Below are positions 1 to 9,761 of a stretch of 64,000 bases of DNA, piece by piece. This DNA comes from an uncultured virus (IMG/VR IMGVR_UViG_2568526354_000007). Its lineage: Duplodnaviria; Heunggongvirae; Uroviricota; Caudoviricetes. The notes beneath the pieces are model-generated. The model did not search any database, was not told the origin of the DNA, and saw only the letters and a program-made list of their open reading frames with translations. How positions within the stretch are numbered: position 1 is the stretch's first letter; each line of letters begins with the position of its first letter. The DNA is taken from the IMG/VR virus record IMGVR_UViG_2568526354_000007. One strand, given 5' to 3'. The position numbers and the translations under genes were made by a program.

Positions 1-9
1 AATGATTAC

Positions 10-3000
10 TTATTTTCCGCGTGTAAAGGTGTCGCGGGCGTTATCTATAGTTTCTTTGGCCTTCTCCAAATCCTGGTAAACGATATAGGCCTTTATCAAT
101 TTGATAGCCTCACAGGATGCGCGAAGTTCCTTTGCAGCTTCCAGGAACTCCCGGTAGGAAGAATCCCCTGCAGGAGAAGTGACGTAACCGCCTTCATAAT
201 ATTCACCCGGATTCTGTGGTAACGGGTTGGCATTGGTACGCTGCCGCCTGATCGCCTCGATAGTGCTAACGGCGTCGATCACTTTAGGATTATTCATTTC
301 CGGTTGTGGTACCACATATTCCCCCTTATGAACCACGCCGGCCACTTCATAGCGTCCGCCGGGACCGGTGTAACCGCCTTCATAATACCCGCCGCCGGAA
401 GAACCCGAAACAACACGTTCAGCCGTGGCGGTCTTACTGCCGGTGGTGTTTTTCAAGGACATGTTTTTAATCCTGTCCCGTTCTGCTTTGGCCGATGCAA
501 GCTGGGCCACACCGGTAGCCGCAAGCATTACTGCAGCAACGGTTCCGGCGATCGGCCCGAGGTCCGCGTACGCCTTCATAATCGAAACGGCCGTATCGGC
601 TATAATCTGGGAACACTTGATAGCAAAGTTTACATCCGCATACTTCTTTTGAATCTCCAGTTTCTTATTTTCCTTCTCTTCTTCCAAGGCGGCAGTATCT
701 TCCCCGTTGTTCTCGGCTTCCTGTATGAGAACATCGTATTTCGCTTCCACCTGGTCGATTTCGGCCTGTTGAATAGCGTCCACCATGGAAGAGGAAAGAC
801 CGGAATAATAGTCAAAGTATTTTTTAGCGTTATTCATCTGCATTTGCAGTTTTTTACGCTGGTATGTCTTTTCGTCTATTAATTCCTGATCGTGCAGATT
901 CTTTAACAGGGCCAGTTCATTCTGGTATTCCTGCGCCCATGATACACCGATCTGGGATTGAATCTGATATAAACTATTCTGGTATTCAAATTCAAGCTGG
1001 CTAATTTCCTGCTGCTTCTGTTTCTCCAAACCAACAGTAGAAATTCCCGCCCGTCTCGCTATCTCAATTATGGTATTATACGTCGTTTCTACATCCTGAA
1101 CCTGCTTCCGGTGTGCCTCCTGCATACCGTTTATTCCTACCGGAACGGAAGTTATGTCACGCACCTTTTGAGCAATGGCCGCCTGGTCACGTAGCAGCTG
1201 CATCTCGCTTTCACGTACGGTGTCGGCTGCTTCCGTAACGGTATCTATACGTTTTTGTTTACTGGCGATCTCCAGGGCGTTTACATCATCCAGGTAAGTA
1301 CGGTTTATCTCCAAGAGTTCCGCGGCGTGTTCCGCTTCAACTTCCAACATATAGGCGTCGGCCGCTTCCTGCGTGACACTCTGGCTTAATACCGCTTTTT
1401 CCATGGTGTCCTTCTGGACATTGTAATAGGCGGTTTCAATCTTTAACCGTTCGTCCCGTTTCTCCTGTGCCAGTTTTATACGGGCGTCCTCCTGCTTGCC
1501 GGTTTCCGTAAAAATGGCCGTCTGTGCTTCTGTTTCGAGCTTGTGGATTTCATCGAGTAACTTCTTCTTCTGGGCCGGCGTTTTTGCTTCCAGCTTCTGG
1601 AGTGCGTCGATACGTTCCCGGTAATAGCGAAGGTTTTCCGCTGTTCCTTCGAGAATGTATTGGGATTCCGTCTTATTTTCCTTTTCCCGGTTCTTTTTGA
1701 TTAGAAGCATACGTTTTTCATGCTCGATCTCCAGAGGTTTTAATGTAGCGTCCGTTTCTGTATTTTTATACTCCCCGGCTTCCGCTTTCTTTTTGACTTT
1801 CCCCAGTTCGTTTAAACGTTTTATTTCGGTGTCGATACGTTCTATTTCCTTGTTTTTCTTGGCGATATTCGCTTCGCTGTCTTCCGCCCACTGTTCCTGA
1901 ACCTTTTTCTTTTCGGCCTCCAGTTTCTTTATAAGGGATGTTTCAGTATTTATATTTTCTTTATTGGTTCCGGTTAATGAAGTGGCCGTCGCCTCTGTTT
2001 TTAAGATATCATTATTGATCTGGGCGATTGCTGATTCTATACCGGCCAAATCCTTCTGTGTTGTTTGTAGAGCTTTCAACTGGTTAGCCTCTTTTTCTGT
2101 ACCAAATAAACGGTTTATTTTAGCGGTAAGACTGTTCCGGTTATATCCTGACAATGTATTTTGCTGGCGGGTGTCCCAGTAAGCGTCGCTTTGCTCGGAT
2201 TCCTGGCTTTCAAGGTTCCTTTTTTTCTTGTACAATTCTTCCAGCTCCTCCTGGTAAGCTTTCAACTTGATTTGTTTTTCCAAGGAAGCTAAATATTGAT
2301 CTATGGCCTCTTTGTTATTGTTAATGAGCCTGCCTTCTTCATTCAATTCCGCATTATAATCCGGTATCAGTTCCTTTAATTCCGCGAGCCTTTGTTTACG
2401 GGTGTAGTTGGAAAGGTTCTCGTCATTGATAGCAGCTACAAGTGTTCTTATTTTTGCTTCCTGCCCGGAATACTCTTCATTCACTTTCTTTACGATTTCC
2501 TGGTGGGTCTTAATCACGGCCGAAGCCTGTTCCGTTTTCTTTGCAAGCTGGTAAATAGCGACCCCGGCTGCCACGAGTAACGCCAGTAGGGCCGTATATG
2601 GATTCTTCAAAAGTTCGATCCGCATTAACCGGAGAGCAGCGGTACATCTGGTAGTATTTTTGTGTAATAGTGCCTGGGTTGCCGCATAAGTCAGAGTAGC
2701 CGCCCGGCTGATATAAAGTTGTACGGCATGCGCTTTCTCTGCAACGACCGAAGCAAGTGTCGCCGTTTTAAAACGGGCGTGCCACATGGTAGCGATTTTC
2801 AGTCCTCCATAGTAAGAAAACAGATAAGCGGTAACGGTATAAGTGACGACACTCCATTTATTAAACATGTCAATCATACCACCCACACCTTCCACCATAA
2901 GCGTAACAAGGTCTATTAAATCCCGGAGAATACCCTTTGATTCATAGAAACGTAAAACTACCCCTTCGATAGTTGAACTTAATGTATTGAGGGAGCCTTG

Positions 3001-4311
3001 TACATTATCACCCATTTCTTCCGCCATGGCATTAAATTCCTCTTCGGCTCCCGTTACTGCATCACGAAGACTTAGAACGGTATCAGCACCGTTTAAAAAG
3101 GTATTAAATGCGGCAACAGAGCGTTTATCCGTTAAATCCAGTGCCTTATTAAGGTCTATACCTTCGCTATTCAACTTTTTCAGGCCATTGACAAGACCTT
3201 CCAGGTTATCCACAGGACCACCAAGCGCAAGAGCAAGTTTACCGCTGCTGTCAGCCAGGTTTAGCAAAATATTACGTGTTGCCGTTGCTGCCGATGAAGC
3301 GTCGAAACCACTGTTTGACAAGGCGCCCAAAAGGGCGGTAGTTTCTTCAATCGTAAAACCGAAAGAATTGGCAACCGGACCGACAATGGCCATGGCCGTA
3401 TTTAAGTATTCAAAACTTAAAGCGGAGGCGTTACATCCCATAGTCATAGTAGAAACAGCATGTTCCGTATCTTCCGCATCAAGATTGAAGATACGTAATG
3501 TTGCACCGGCAAGCGTGGCAGCCGAGGCAAGATCCGTATCCACTGCCTTGGCAAACTTCAACACGGAAGGTGTCATCGCTTTAATATCCTCTTTGAAAAA
3601 TCCCAGTTTGGCAAGCTCTATCTGAAGTTCCGTGACCTGGGCGGCTGTATAGGAAGTTGTGGAGCCCAGCCGGCGTGCATCATCCGTTAAATCCTTGATA
3701 CTCTTTTTCGTCGTTCCCAAGACAGCGGCCAAAGTACTGTTTTTCTTCTCAAACTCTATAATAGTGCCGATCGCATTTCGGAACCCTCCGACAATCTGTC
3801 CGGTTATCATCGCACCGATAGTGACAAGCACACCGGCCAGGACTGTTTTTATCTTATTCAGGGAAAGAATGGAGCTGCCGAAGCCTTCCGCCTTTTTCGT
3901 AGCCTGCCCGTATGCCTTCTCTACTTCCAGCAGTTCCTTCTCCAGGGCGGCATATCTTTCCGGCTGCAAGGATTTCACCGTATCACGAAGTTCTTTCCGC
4001 AAAGCGTTCGCTTTCCTGGCCAGCTGGTTAGCACTCATCGTAGTTTTATCCAGCCGTTTCTCACATTCGGCAATCTTCTTGTTATTTTCGCCGATCGTCT
4101 TATTATTTTCTTTTAGTTGCTCATTCAGCCTTTTCCACTGTTTACCACCTGTTTTACCGGTGGCGATTAAGTCGGTCATAGCCTTTTTAATATCCCTATT
4201 GCTATCCCGGAGCTCTTTGTTCTTTTCTGAAAGATTATGTATTTCCTTCTGCGCATCGGAGGCGTTCAGGGTTAACACCCATTCGATATAATCAGGTTTT
4301 AATTTTGCCAT
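10..4311 (-). CDS. Phage tail tape measure protein (A)
   Basis: 1433 aa, helical and Ala/Leu-rich. TP901-type core (STTSYTAAQVTELQIELAKLGF...), hydrophobic middle, C-terminal GGYT...AGVVHKGEYVVP motif. Confidence 0.9.
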   Translation of the reverse strand: MAKLKPDYIEWVLTLNASDAQKEIHNLSEKNKELRDSNRDIKKAMTDLIATGKTGGKQWKRLNEQLKENNKTIGENNKKIAECEKRLDKTTMSANQLARKANALRKELRDTVKSLQPERYAALEKELLEVEKAYGQATKKAEGFGSSILSLNKIKTVLAGVLVTIGAMITGQIVGGFRNAIGTIIEFEKKNSTLAAVLGTTKKSIKDLTDDARRLGSTTSYTAAQVTELQIELAKLGFFKEDIKAMTPSVLKFAKAVDTDLASAATLAGATLRIFNLDAEDTEHAVSTMTMGCNASALSFEYLNTAMAIVGPVANSFGFTIEETTALLGALSNSGFDASSAATATRNILLNLADSSGKLALALGGPVDNLEGLVNGLKKLNSEGIDLNKALDLTDKRSVAAFNTFLNGADTVLSLRDAVTGAEEEFNAMAEEMGDNVQGSLNTLSSTIEGVVLRFYESKGILRDLIDLVTLMVEGVGGMIDMFNKWSVVTYTVTAYLFSYYGGLKIATMWHARFKTATLASVVAEKAHAVQLYISRAATLTYAATQALLHKNTTRCTAALRLMRIELLKNPYTALLALLVAAGVAIYQLAKKTEQASAVIKTHQEIVKKVNEEYSGQEAKIRTLVAAINDENLSNYTRKQRLAELKELIPDYNAELNEEGRLINNNKEAIDQYLASLEKQIKLKAYQEELEELYKKKRNLESQESEQSDAYWDTRQQNTLSGYNRNSLTAKINRLFGTEKEANQLKALQTTQKDLAGIESAIAQINNDILKTEATATSLTGTNKENINTETSLIKKLEAEKKKVQEQWAEDSEANIAKKNKEIERIDTEIKRLNELGKVKKKAEAGEYKNTETDATLKPLEIEHEKRMLLIKKNREKENKTESQYILEGTAENLRYYRERIDALQKLEAKTPAQKKKLLDEIHKLETEAQTAIFTETGKQEDARIKLAQEKRDERLKIETAYYNVQKDTMEKAVLSQSVTQEAADAYMLEVEAEHAAELLEINRTYLDDVNALEIASKQKRIDTVTEAADTVRESEMQLLRDQAAIAQKVRDITSVPVGINGMQEAHRKQVQDVETTYNTIIEIARRAGISTVGLEKQKQQEISQLEFEYQNSLYQIQSQIGVSWAQEYQNELALLKNLHDQELIDEKTYQRKKLQMQMNNAKKYFDYYSGLSSSMVDAIQQAEIDQVEAKYDVLIQEAENNGEDTAALEEEKENKKLEIQKKYADVNFAIKCSQIIADTAVSIMKAYADLGPIAGTVAAVMLAATGVAQLASAKAERDRIKNMSLKNTTGSKTATAERVVSGSSGGGYYEGGYTGPGGRYEVAGVVHKGEYVVPQPEMNNPKVIDAVSTIEAIRRQRTNANPLPQNPGEYYEGGYVTSPAGDSSYREFLEAAKELRASCEAIKLIKAYIVYQDLEKAKETIDNARDTFTRGK

Positions 4312-4331
4312 ACAACTTAAATTTTATAAGG

Positions 4332-4367
4332 CAAAATTATCCGGATGAAAAGTGGCGGAAAAGGACA
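4332..4367 (-). promoter_or_regulatory. Putative phage late promoter, copy 1 (upstream of tape measure A)
   Basis: TGTCC-N23-TAATTTTG on the minus strand; one of 8 equally spaced copies. Confidence 0.7.
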
Positions 4368-4423
4368 TTCAAAAAGCCCGTAGAATCATTCTACAGGCTT
4401 ATTATATAAAAAGAAAACTATTT

Positions 4424-4660
4424 CTATTTCTTAAAGGTAAGGTCCGAAGGATCAAAATATCCTTTCTCCTTAATTGTAGCCCGATCCATTCTCCGGCAAA
4501 CATACCAGGTTAAAGGAACCGATATAAGAGGAGTCACAGTCAAGGAAAGAAGGGCAAAAGCAAGCCACCCGGATAAAGTAGCCGGTTTATGCTTACATCC
4601 TACGAAAAAAACTATTACCAGGAAAAAGCCGATCAGAAATAAAATATCTTCATATGTCAT
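4424..4660 (-). CDS. Small membrane protein (moron)
   Basis: 78 aa with two hydrophobic segments, flanked by hairpin terminators (~4373-4400 and ~4700-4725). Confidence 0.6.
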   Translation of the reverse strand: MTYEDILFLIGFFLVIVFFVGCKHKPATLSGWLAFALLSLTVTPLISVPLTWYVCRRMDRATIKEKGYFDPSDLTFKK

Positions 4661-4822
4661 ATAATTACTATAAGATACAAGTAATAAATAATTGGAAATA
4701 AGCCCGCCCGAATCGGGCCGGGCTTAATTGATATATCATTTCTCACGAAGTAATATACCGGATGTTGTGAGGTTCTTTCTTTATGAAGTATGAAAAATAA
4801 AATCTTGTCACAGGCCATATTA

Positions 4823-5245
4823 TCAAAATTGAGCAGAAACTAATTCACGCCCTATATTTTTAATAGTCTCTAATATAAGGTTTACGCGCTCCTGTGAAGG
4901 TTTCTTTGTTCCGCTTATATATTGGGCAAATAAACTTTGTGACATTCCCAGCCGTCGAGCAATAGCTGATGCATTAAGTTCCGGATGTGCTATGAATAAA
5001 TCATATAACACATTATTTTGCTTTTCAGAAAAAAAAACTTCAAAGCTCAAGTTTTCATCAAGTTCCGGCCAATATATCCCATAAGGAGTTACTTTATAAT
5101 TACTCCTTTGTTCCGGAGTAGCCCGGTTTAACCTCTGAACATCGGCAAATTGTTCACTTGCCTCCCTACCGTCGGAAGTACGTATACAGATAGCCGTATC
5201 AGTAAGCCACACTTTATCCACTTGTTTAATAATATCCTCATTCAT
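4823..5245 (-). CDS. DUF2442-like plus XRE HTH protein (putative antitoxin/regulator)
   Basis: N-terminal RLNRATPEQRSNY...GIYWPELDENLS; C-terminal HTH (ASAIARRLGMSQSLFAQYISGTKKPS). Confidence 0.75.
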   Translation of the reverse strand: MNEDIIKQVDKVWLTDTAICIRTSDGREASEQFADVQRLNRATPEQRSNYKVTPYGIYWPELDENLSFEVFFSEKQNNVLYDLFIAHPELNASAIARRLGMSQSLFAQYISGTKKPSQERVNLILETIKNIGRELVSAQF

Positions 5246-5257
5246 AACAGCTAAGAT

Positions 5258-5491
5258 TTATGCAGCTATACCTATTTCATATAAAAACTCCGGTGCAAGG
5301 TCCGCACCATTGGCCCATTCAATAGTGGCACGGGTTAAACCATATTGAACAAATTTTTCCTTATCCAACAACTCCCCGAAAACCTCACCAGTAAGATAAG
5401 GTTCCAGATTCACGAGCTTTTTATTCCCGTCATTAAAAGTAACAAGAAGCTCGTAATTCCTGATATAATCAACATCTATCACTCGTAACAT
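5258..5491 (-). CDS. DUF2442-like protein
   Basis: YELLVTFNDG...IEWANGADLAPEFLY signature. Confidence 0.75.
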   Translation of the reverse strand: MLRVIDVDYIRNYELLVTFNDGNKKLVNLEPYLTGEVFGELLDKEKFVQYGLTRATIEWANGADLAPEFLYEIGIAA

Positions 5492-5498
5492 AAGCTGT

Positions 5499-5756
5499 TT
5501 ATTTTAATGGTTCTATTTTATCTATTTTTTCTCCTTTTTGAGCCTTCTCCCAGAGAGAAAGTATTTCTGCCTCGTGCAAATTAATCCATTCATTAACCTT
5601 TGCGATAACTTTAGCTGGAGCCTGACCGTCTACAATCCGGTCCAATACGCTAATAGAACATTCATAATCACCATAAGTAAAATGGAGATGCGGTGGATTA
5701 TGATCTTTCCAATAGAGGAAGATAATAATACCGAAGAATCTACAAATTTCAGGCAT
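5499..5756 (-). CDS. DUF4160-like protein (putative toxin)
   Basis: MPEICRFFGIII...DHNPPHLH...WINLHEAEILSLW. Start moved to ATG 5756, downstream of a TATCTTTG box at 5783-5790. Confidence 0.75.
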   Translation of the reverse strand: MPEICRFFGIIIFLYWKDHNPPHLHFTYGDYECSISVLDRIVDGQAPAKVIAKVNEWINLHEAEILSLWEKAQKGEKIDKIEPLK

Positions 5757-5782
5757 AAACTTTGTCTTATTGGTTACTGATA

Positions 5783-5810
5783 CAAAGATAGGTAATAAAA
5801 TCATTACCTC
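5783..5810 (-). promoter_or_regulatory. Promoter -7 box with overlapping palindromic operator of the DUF4160/DUF2442 module
   Basis: TATCTTTG (minus strand) next to the inverted repeat AGGTAAT-N6-ATTACCT. Confidence 0.55.
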
Positions 5811-5837
5811 CAAATATTTAGGTATTAATTTTATTAT

Positions 5838-6248
5838 CTATTTTAGCGAATTGGCAAACATTTCTTTTACCCTTTCCCTTATATAATCCTGATATTCATA
5901 TTTAATCTTCCCGAGTGTATCATGATACAGAATCCCGTATATCTGCCGGTTATAAATCTGGTAATTACCGTGTTTCTTCATATCCAGGAAACGGGTATAT
6001 AATGGGAGGTTAGAACGTGCGATTACCCCTTCGCCGTCCGGAACGACCGAATAATTCGGGTTCTGTAGTGCGGCCATTAATGCACCGGACCGCCCTTGTA
6101 TGATCTCCCCGGTTCCCTGTACCTTCTTACGTTCACGGCCTTTCTGGTAAATCCGTTTGGTAGCGATATCCAGTTGGGCTTGAAATATGTCCTGTATTCC
6201 ACGCCCGATCCGGTCGGTAAAGAAATCCGTTTTAAAATTCTCGGCCAT
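5838..6248 (-). CDS. Phage neck/tail-completion-like protein
   Basis: 136 aa, upstream of the tape measure gene; positional counterpart of 49019-49639 in B. Confidence 0.55.
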   Translation of the reverse strand: MAENFKTDFFTDRIGRGIQDIFQAQLDIATKRIYQKGRERKKVQGTGEIIQGRSGALMAALQNPNYSVVPDGEGVIARSNLPLYTRFLDMKKHGNYQIYNRQIYGILYHDTLGKIKYEYQDYIRERVKEMFANSLK

Positions 6249-6256
6249 TCAGTTAT

Positions 6257-6430
6257 TCATTTTTTTGAAAATCCGGAAATAATGTGCCTTTCCCCGGATT
6301 TGTTCTTAACAGTTTCATTTTTCTTGTTTGAGGTATATTTATATTTCCAATAGGTACATAACGCATCATTTGCACCTATTATAATAATACCTGTTATGAT
6401 AGCTAACCAGAACCACGCATAAGCATCCAT
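6257..6430 (-). CDS. Small single-TM protein (57 aa, below the ORF-track cutoff)
   Basis: MDAYAWFWLAIITGIIIIGAND...; fills the gap between two co-oriented genes. Confidence 0.5.
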   Translation of the reverse strand: MDAYAWFWLAIITGIIIIGANDALCTYWKYKYTSNKKNETVKNKSGERHIISGFSKK

Positions 6431-6432
6431 TA

Positions 6433-6876
6433 TCATCTTGTTTTAAATGAAAAAGCCAGGCTCCACCCTGCAAATGTCCTGTAAAAGCCGGATTCCGGAA
6501 GAGTGGAAAGGCTGGTTAAATCCAGTTCCTTAGTGACAGGGCAACCGGTGGCAGAATCTTCTATCAGCATTTGTTTGATACGTTCAATAACCGGCTGTAC
6601 CTCTTCGATAGTCTCATAAGCCCCTTTCCGTTGGGGATCGTACTTGCTCATAAGGAAAATAACGCATAAATTATTTTCCCTCACATTGTCAGCCGAAAGG
6701 CTGGCACCCGTTCCCGACGGGATCAGAATAAATAACACCGGACATTCTTCTTTTGATAGTCCCTGTATCGTCTTACTCATTTCCTCGTCAATGGTAACGG
6801 GCAGCACCTTCTTTATTTCAGGAATACGTTTTTGTACGCCTTCCCAGTATTCACGGTAAACCTTTATATCTATCAT
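6433..6876 (-). CDS. Putative tail terminator/head-tail protein
   Basis: Start at MIDIKVY overlaps the lysozyme stop; ends GWSLAFSF; counterpart of 49642-50127. Confidence 0.55.
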   Translation of the reverse strand: MIDIKVYREYWEGVQKRIPEIKKVLPVTIDEEMSKTIQGLSKEECPVLFILIPSGTGASLSADNVRENNLCVIFLMSKYDPQRKGAYETIEEVQPVIERIKQMLIEDSATGCPVTKELDLTSLSTLPESGFYRTFAGWSLAFSFKTR

Positions 6877-7307
6877 ATTGTCAATCCCTGATAACGTTTC
6901 GCCTCCCATTCACGGCGGGTAACAAGCCCCGGAAGAATCTTACCGCCCCCGTATATCCACTTTTTAAACTCTGCCGGTATGGATGAATCATACGCATCCG
7001 CCCTGATCTTCTTATAAAGCGTTGATTTCTTGAATTTTCCAATACCTACATTAAAGCAAAAGCTTACTATCGCGTCAAACTGGTACTGTCCCAAACGAAG
7101 GGGAAGCGCGTTCACCTGATTTTCTACCGCCCTGATATCCGATTCAAAGAAAGCGTCGGCCTGGGCCTCGGTGATAACATCACCCGGTTTTACACCGGTC
7201 GTATGACCGTAACCGATCGTACACACTCCCGCAGCACATACATACGCTTTCAGGCGTAATCCCTCAAATTTCTTGATCTTGTTTTTTGTTCCTGTTGTTG
7301 TTATCAT
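6873..7307 (-). CDS. Phage lysozyme (GH24 endolysin)
   Basis: IKKFEGLRLKAY...TIGYGHT...QFDAIVSFCFNVG...GLVTRREWE motifs. Confidence 0.92.
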   Translation of the reverse strand: MITTTGTKNKIKKFEGLRLKAYVCAAGVCTIGYGHTTGVKPGDVITEAQADAFFESDIRAVENQVNALPLRLGQYQFDAIVSFCFNVGIGKFKKSTLYKKIRADAYDSSIPAEFKKWIYGGGKILPGLVTRREWEAKRYQGLTI

Positions 7308-8116
7308 TTCTTGTTACGTTTTTGGTGTAAATACTCAAACTTACATTTATACAGATAAAGCAATACATCCCAGAAGGGCGTATCGTCCACCTCTTTCTTA
7401 TTGCCGAACACGCCGGAAGCCGCCACTTCAAAGACTATCCCGGTCCAGCCGGTTTTATCGTCCGCCTTCCGGTCGTCAGGTGCCAGCTTTTGGAACAATA
7501 TCCGAAAGTCGATAGCTTCACCGCTGATATAAACCGGTCCGGAAAGAACCATTTCCCAAACAGAGGAAAAGAAGTTTACCGCATGAATGGCAAGCAAGGA
7601 AGGAACGGCCGGTATCTTCTCCGGGTCCTTGTACCGGTAAAGTCGTAACGTGATATCCTGGAAGATTTCATTTATAGCCGGATCGTCCTTTTCTGTCGCC
7701 GCCTGCTTGCTTTGCTGCAACAAATCCAGGCAATCACAAAAATTACCGAAAGTAAGACCGTTCAGCATGTCACCGACGCCATGCCAGCCCCCGAAATCCT
7801 GCATCAGGTTACGACCGGTTTTCAGAATGGGCGTAACGATCCGCTCGCCCTCCTTACCGGTTGTATAAGAGAAAAAGCCGTCCAGTTTTTCCAGTTGGCC
7901 GTCCAGTTCCCGGATGATCTCACGCCGGTACAGGGTGTAATCCGCTTTCATGCCCAGAAGGAAAGAAAGCCATTTTACGCGGAACTGTCCGGGGCTGATC
8001 GTACCGCGGTTCATCAATACCGACAATATAAGAAACTGCCGGTACTGCTCACTGCTGACTTCATCCAGACAGGAAGGAACCTCCACCGTCTTACTATTAT
8101 ATATAAACTTCTCCAT
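7304..8116 (-). CDS. Conserved phage protein
   Basis: 270 aa; similar N-terminus (VPSCLDEV vs VPESWDEL) and same position as 56275-57126. Confidence 0.7.
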   Translation of the reverse strand: MEKFIYNSKTVEVPSCLDEVSSEQYRQFLILSVLMNRGTISPGQFRVKWLSFLLGMKADYTLYRREIIRELDGQLEKLDGFFSYTTGKEGERIVTPILKTGRNLMQDFGGWHGVGDMLNGLTFGNFCDCLDLLQQSKQAATEKDDPAINEIFQDITLRLYRYKDPEKIPAVPSLLAIHAVNFFSSVWEMVLSGPVYISGEAIDFRILFQKLAPDDRKADDKTGWTGIVFEVAASGVFGNKKEVDDTPFWDVLLYLYKCKFEYLHQKRNKK

Positions 8117-8125
8117 GTCCGGATA

Positions 8126-9076
8126 TTAAAAAGTTATTCCTTTGGATTGTACGGTAACACCCGGTATATAGTAATCTACTGTTTCCGACTGCGCATCCAG
8201 CTCACGGATGATATCCTGCAATATATCCAGATAAGCCGCTGCATCCTGCTCCAGACTGTTAGCGACTGATTGCCGGGCCTCTTTTTCCGCCCGCAATTTA
8301 TCCCGTACGGTTGTGCTCTGCTGTACCTGTACGATTCCGTTGGGTAGAACTTCCACCGGTAAACGTTCAACGGCCTTTTTTATGGTGAGAAGTGCAAGCG
8401 GGCGGCGTACATACTCCAGCAATTTCTCCGTTAAAACGGTATCGCCTTCAATCAGTTGATTATAACGGTCCCGGGTGATAACAGGTATTATCTGCCCGTC
8501 CTGGACTTCCCGGATCATAGGAATAAGCACCAGGAAAAGCCGGTGACTGCCGATATTGTAATATTCATCGAACGTTTCCTTATTCTGGATTAGAAGCCGG
8601 TTTATAGCCTTTTTCTTAATGCCGTTCATCCAGAAATCAAACTTTTCGCGGTCCATTAGCTCCACTAACGCGTCTACGGCTTCATAAGCCAGGTTCCGGA
8701 TATTCTCTTCATCCTTGAACTCCTGTAAGGCGGTCATCCCCGTTTCATTCTCTCCAAGGTGTTTGCCACGTCCGGCCGTTCCGTGTTGTGCGTCCAAAGT
8801 GGGAATGACCTTTAACCAGGTAAACATCGCTACCGCCTGCTGCATCAGCCGCAAAGTTTCCGCCATGCCGTCCGGTTCCGTAACGTCCTCATGATCTTCA
8901 CGGTAATACTTTTCTACTGCGTCTATGGGTTCCGTTCCGATGATAGCCTGTAAATCCCGAATCCCCAACGGTATAATAGGTTCCCACTTGGTAAAATCAA
9001 GATCATTATCTATCAGGCCCAGGACACGGACTATTTCACCGGCCCCGTTACCGCCTTTATTAAATAACTTCGTCAT
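8126..9076 (-). CDS. Putative head-tail adaptor (DUF6712-like)
   Basis: 316 aa with a duplicated helical domain, downstream of the portal; counterpart of 57131-58069. Confidence 0.6.
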   Translation of the reverse strand: MTKLFNKGGNGAGEIVRVLGLIDNDLDFTKWEPIIPLGIRDLQAIIGTEPIDAVEKYYREDHEDVTEPDGMAETLRLMQQAVAMFTWLKVIPTLDAQHGTAGRGKHLGENETGMTALQEFKDEENIRNLAYEAVDALVELMDREKFDFWMNGIKKKAINRLLIQNKETFDEYYNIGSHRLFLVLIPMIREVQDGQIIPVITRDRYNQLIEGDTVLTEKLLEYVRRPLALLTIKKAVERLPVEVLPNGIVQVQQSTTVRDKLRAEKEARQSVANSLEQDAAAYLDILQDIIRELDAQSETVDYYIPGVTVQSKGITF

Positions 9077-9761
9077 TTGCTCGATCTCTTTTTAGTGTAT
9101 ATGGTTTCCAATTATCAAAATCTTTCGTGAAATTGTTTATTTCATCGTAGAACTCCTTATAAAAACAGGCCAGCCCGGTATCTATCGTTATACAGGTCTG
9201 CTCCGTGCGTGGATTGGTGTTTATATTGGCCGAGCTTTCTATTACAAAATCAAAAGCGTTACCAAAACCGGCCATTACTTTAGCATGGTTACGGAAGATA
9301 CAGACACGTGATCCGAAACGTTCCGCCACCTTTTTCAGGTATAAATAAACATCCGCATAGGAACCTTGAAAGATTTCACCTACATAAAAATCCGCGTGTC
9401 CTATATCTTTTCTTTCCAGCCATTTTTCCACCTCTTTAACATCGGTAATTGCCATACACCAAGTAGAAATCAGAACATATTCTATCGGTTGTTGCTTCAC
9501 GATCACACGAAGATAAGTAAGGCTGTCAACGTCCCCATGACTGATACAGTGATAAGACGCCCCTTTCTCAAAATGCCAGGGCAAACACTCTTCCAGGTGC
9601 AGCTCCGATTTTATCCGCCGGTCAAAATGAACGTTTTTCGTCCGGCAGGCCTTTATATGCCTGTCCGGGATGTTATCGGCATGGTTCTCTTCCGGTTTCC
9701 GGCCGCTTACCGGTTCTTCCGGTACATCTTCCGGTTTTGGTGTGAAAAACAGACTACGCAT
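9060..9761 (-). CDS. Phospholipase-D-like domain protein
   Basis: NHAKV...IESSANINTNPRTEQ resembles the HxK...GSxN PLD motif. Confidence 0.6.
   Translation of the reverse strand: MRSLFFTPKPEDVPEEPVSGRKPEENHADNIPDRHIKACRTKNVHFDRRIKSELHLEECLPWHFEKGASYHCISHGDVDSLTYLRVIVKQQPIEYVLISTWCMAITDVKEVEKWLERKDIGHADFYVGEIFQGSYADVYLYLKKVAERFGSRVCIFRNHAKVMAGFGNAFDFVIESSANINTNPRTEQTCITIDTGLACFYKEFYDEINNFTKDFDNWKPYTLKRDRANDEVI

Noticed and set aside
304..4291. Long plus-strand ORFs opposite the tape measure gene (and similar antisense ORFs throughout the window)
   Set aside because: Shadows of real genes on the other strand; no motifs or independent expression signals.
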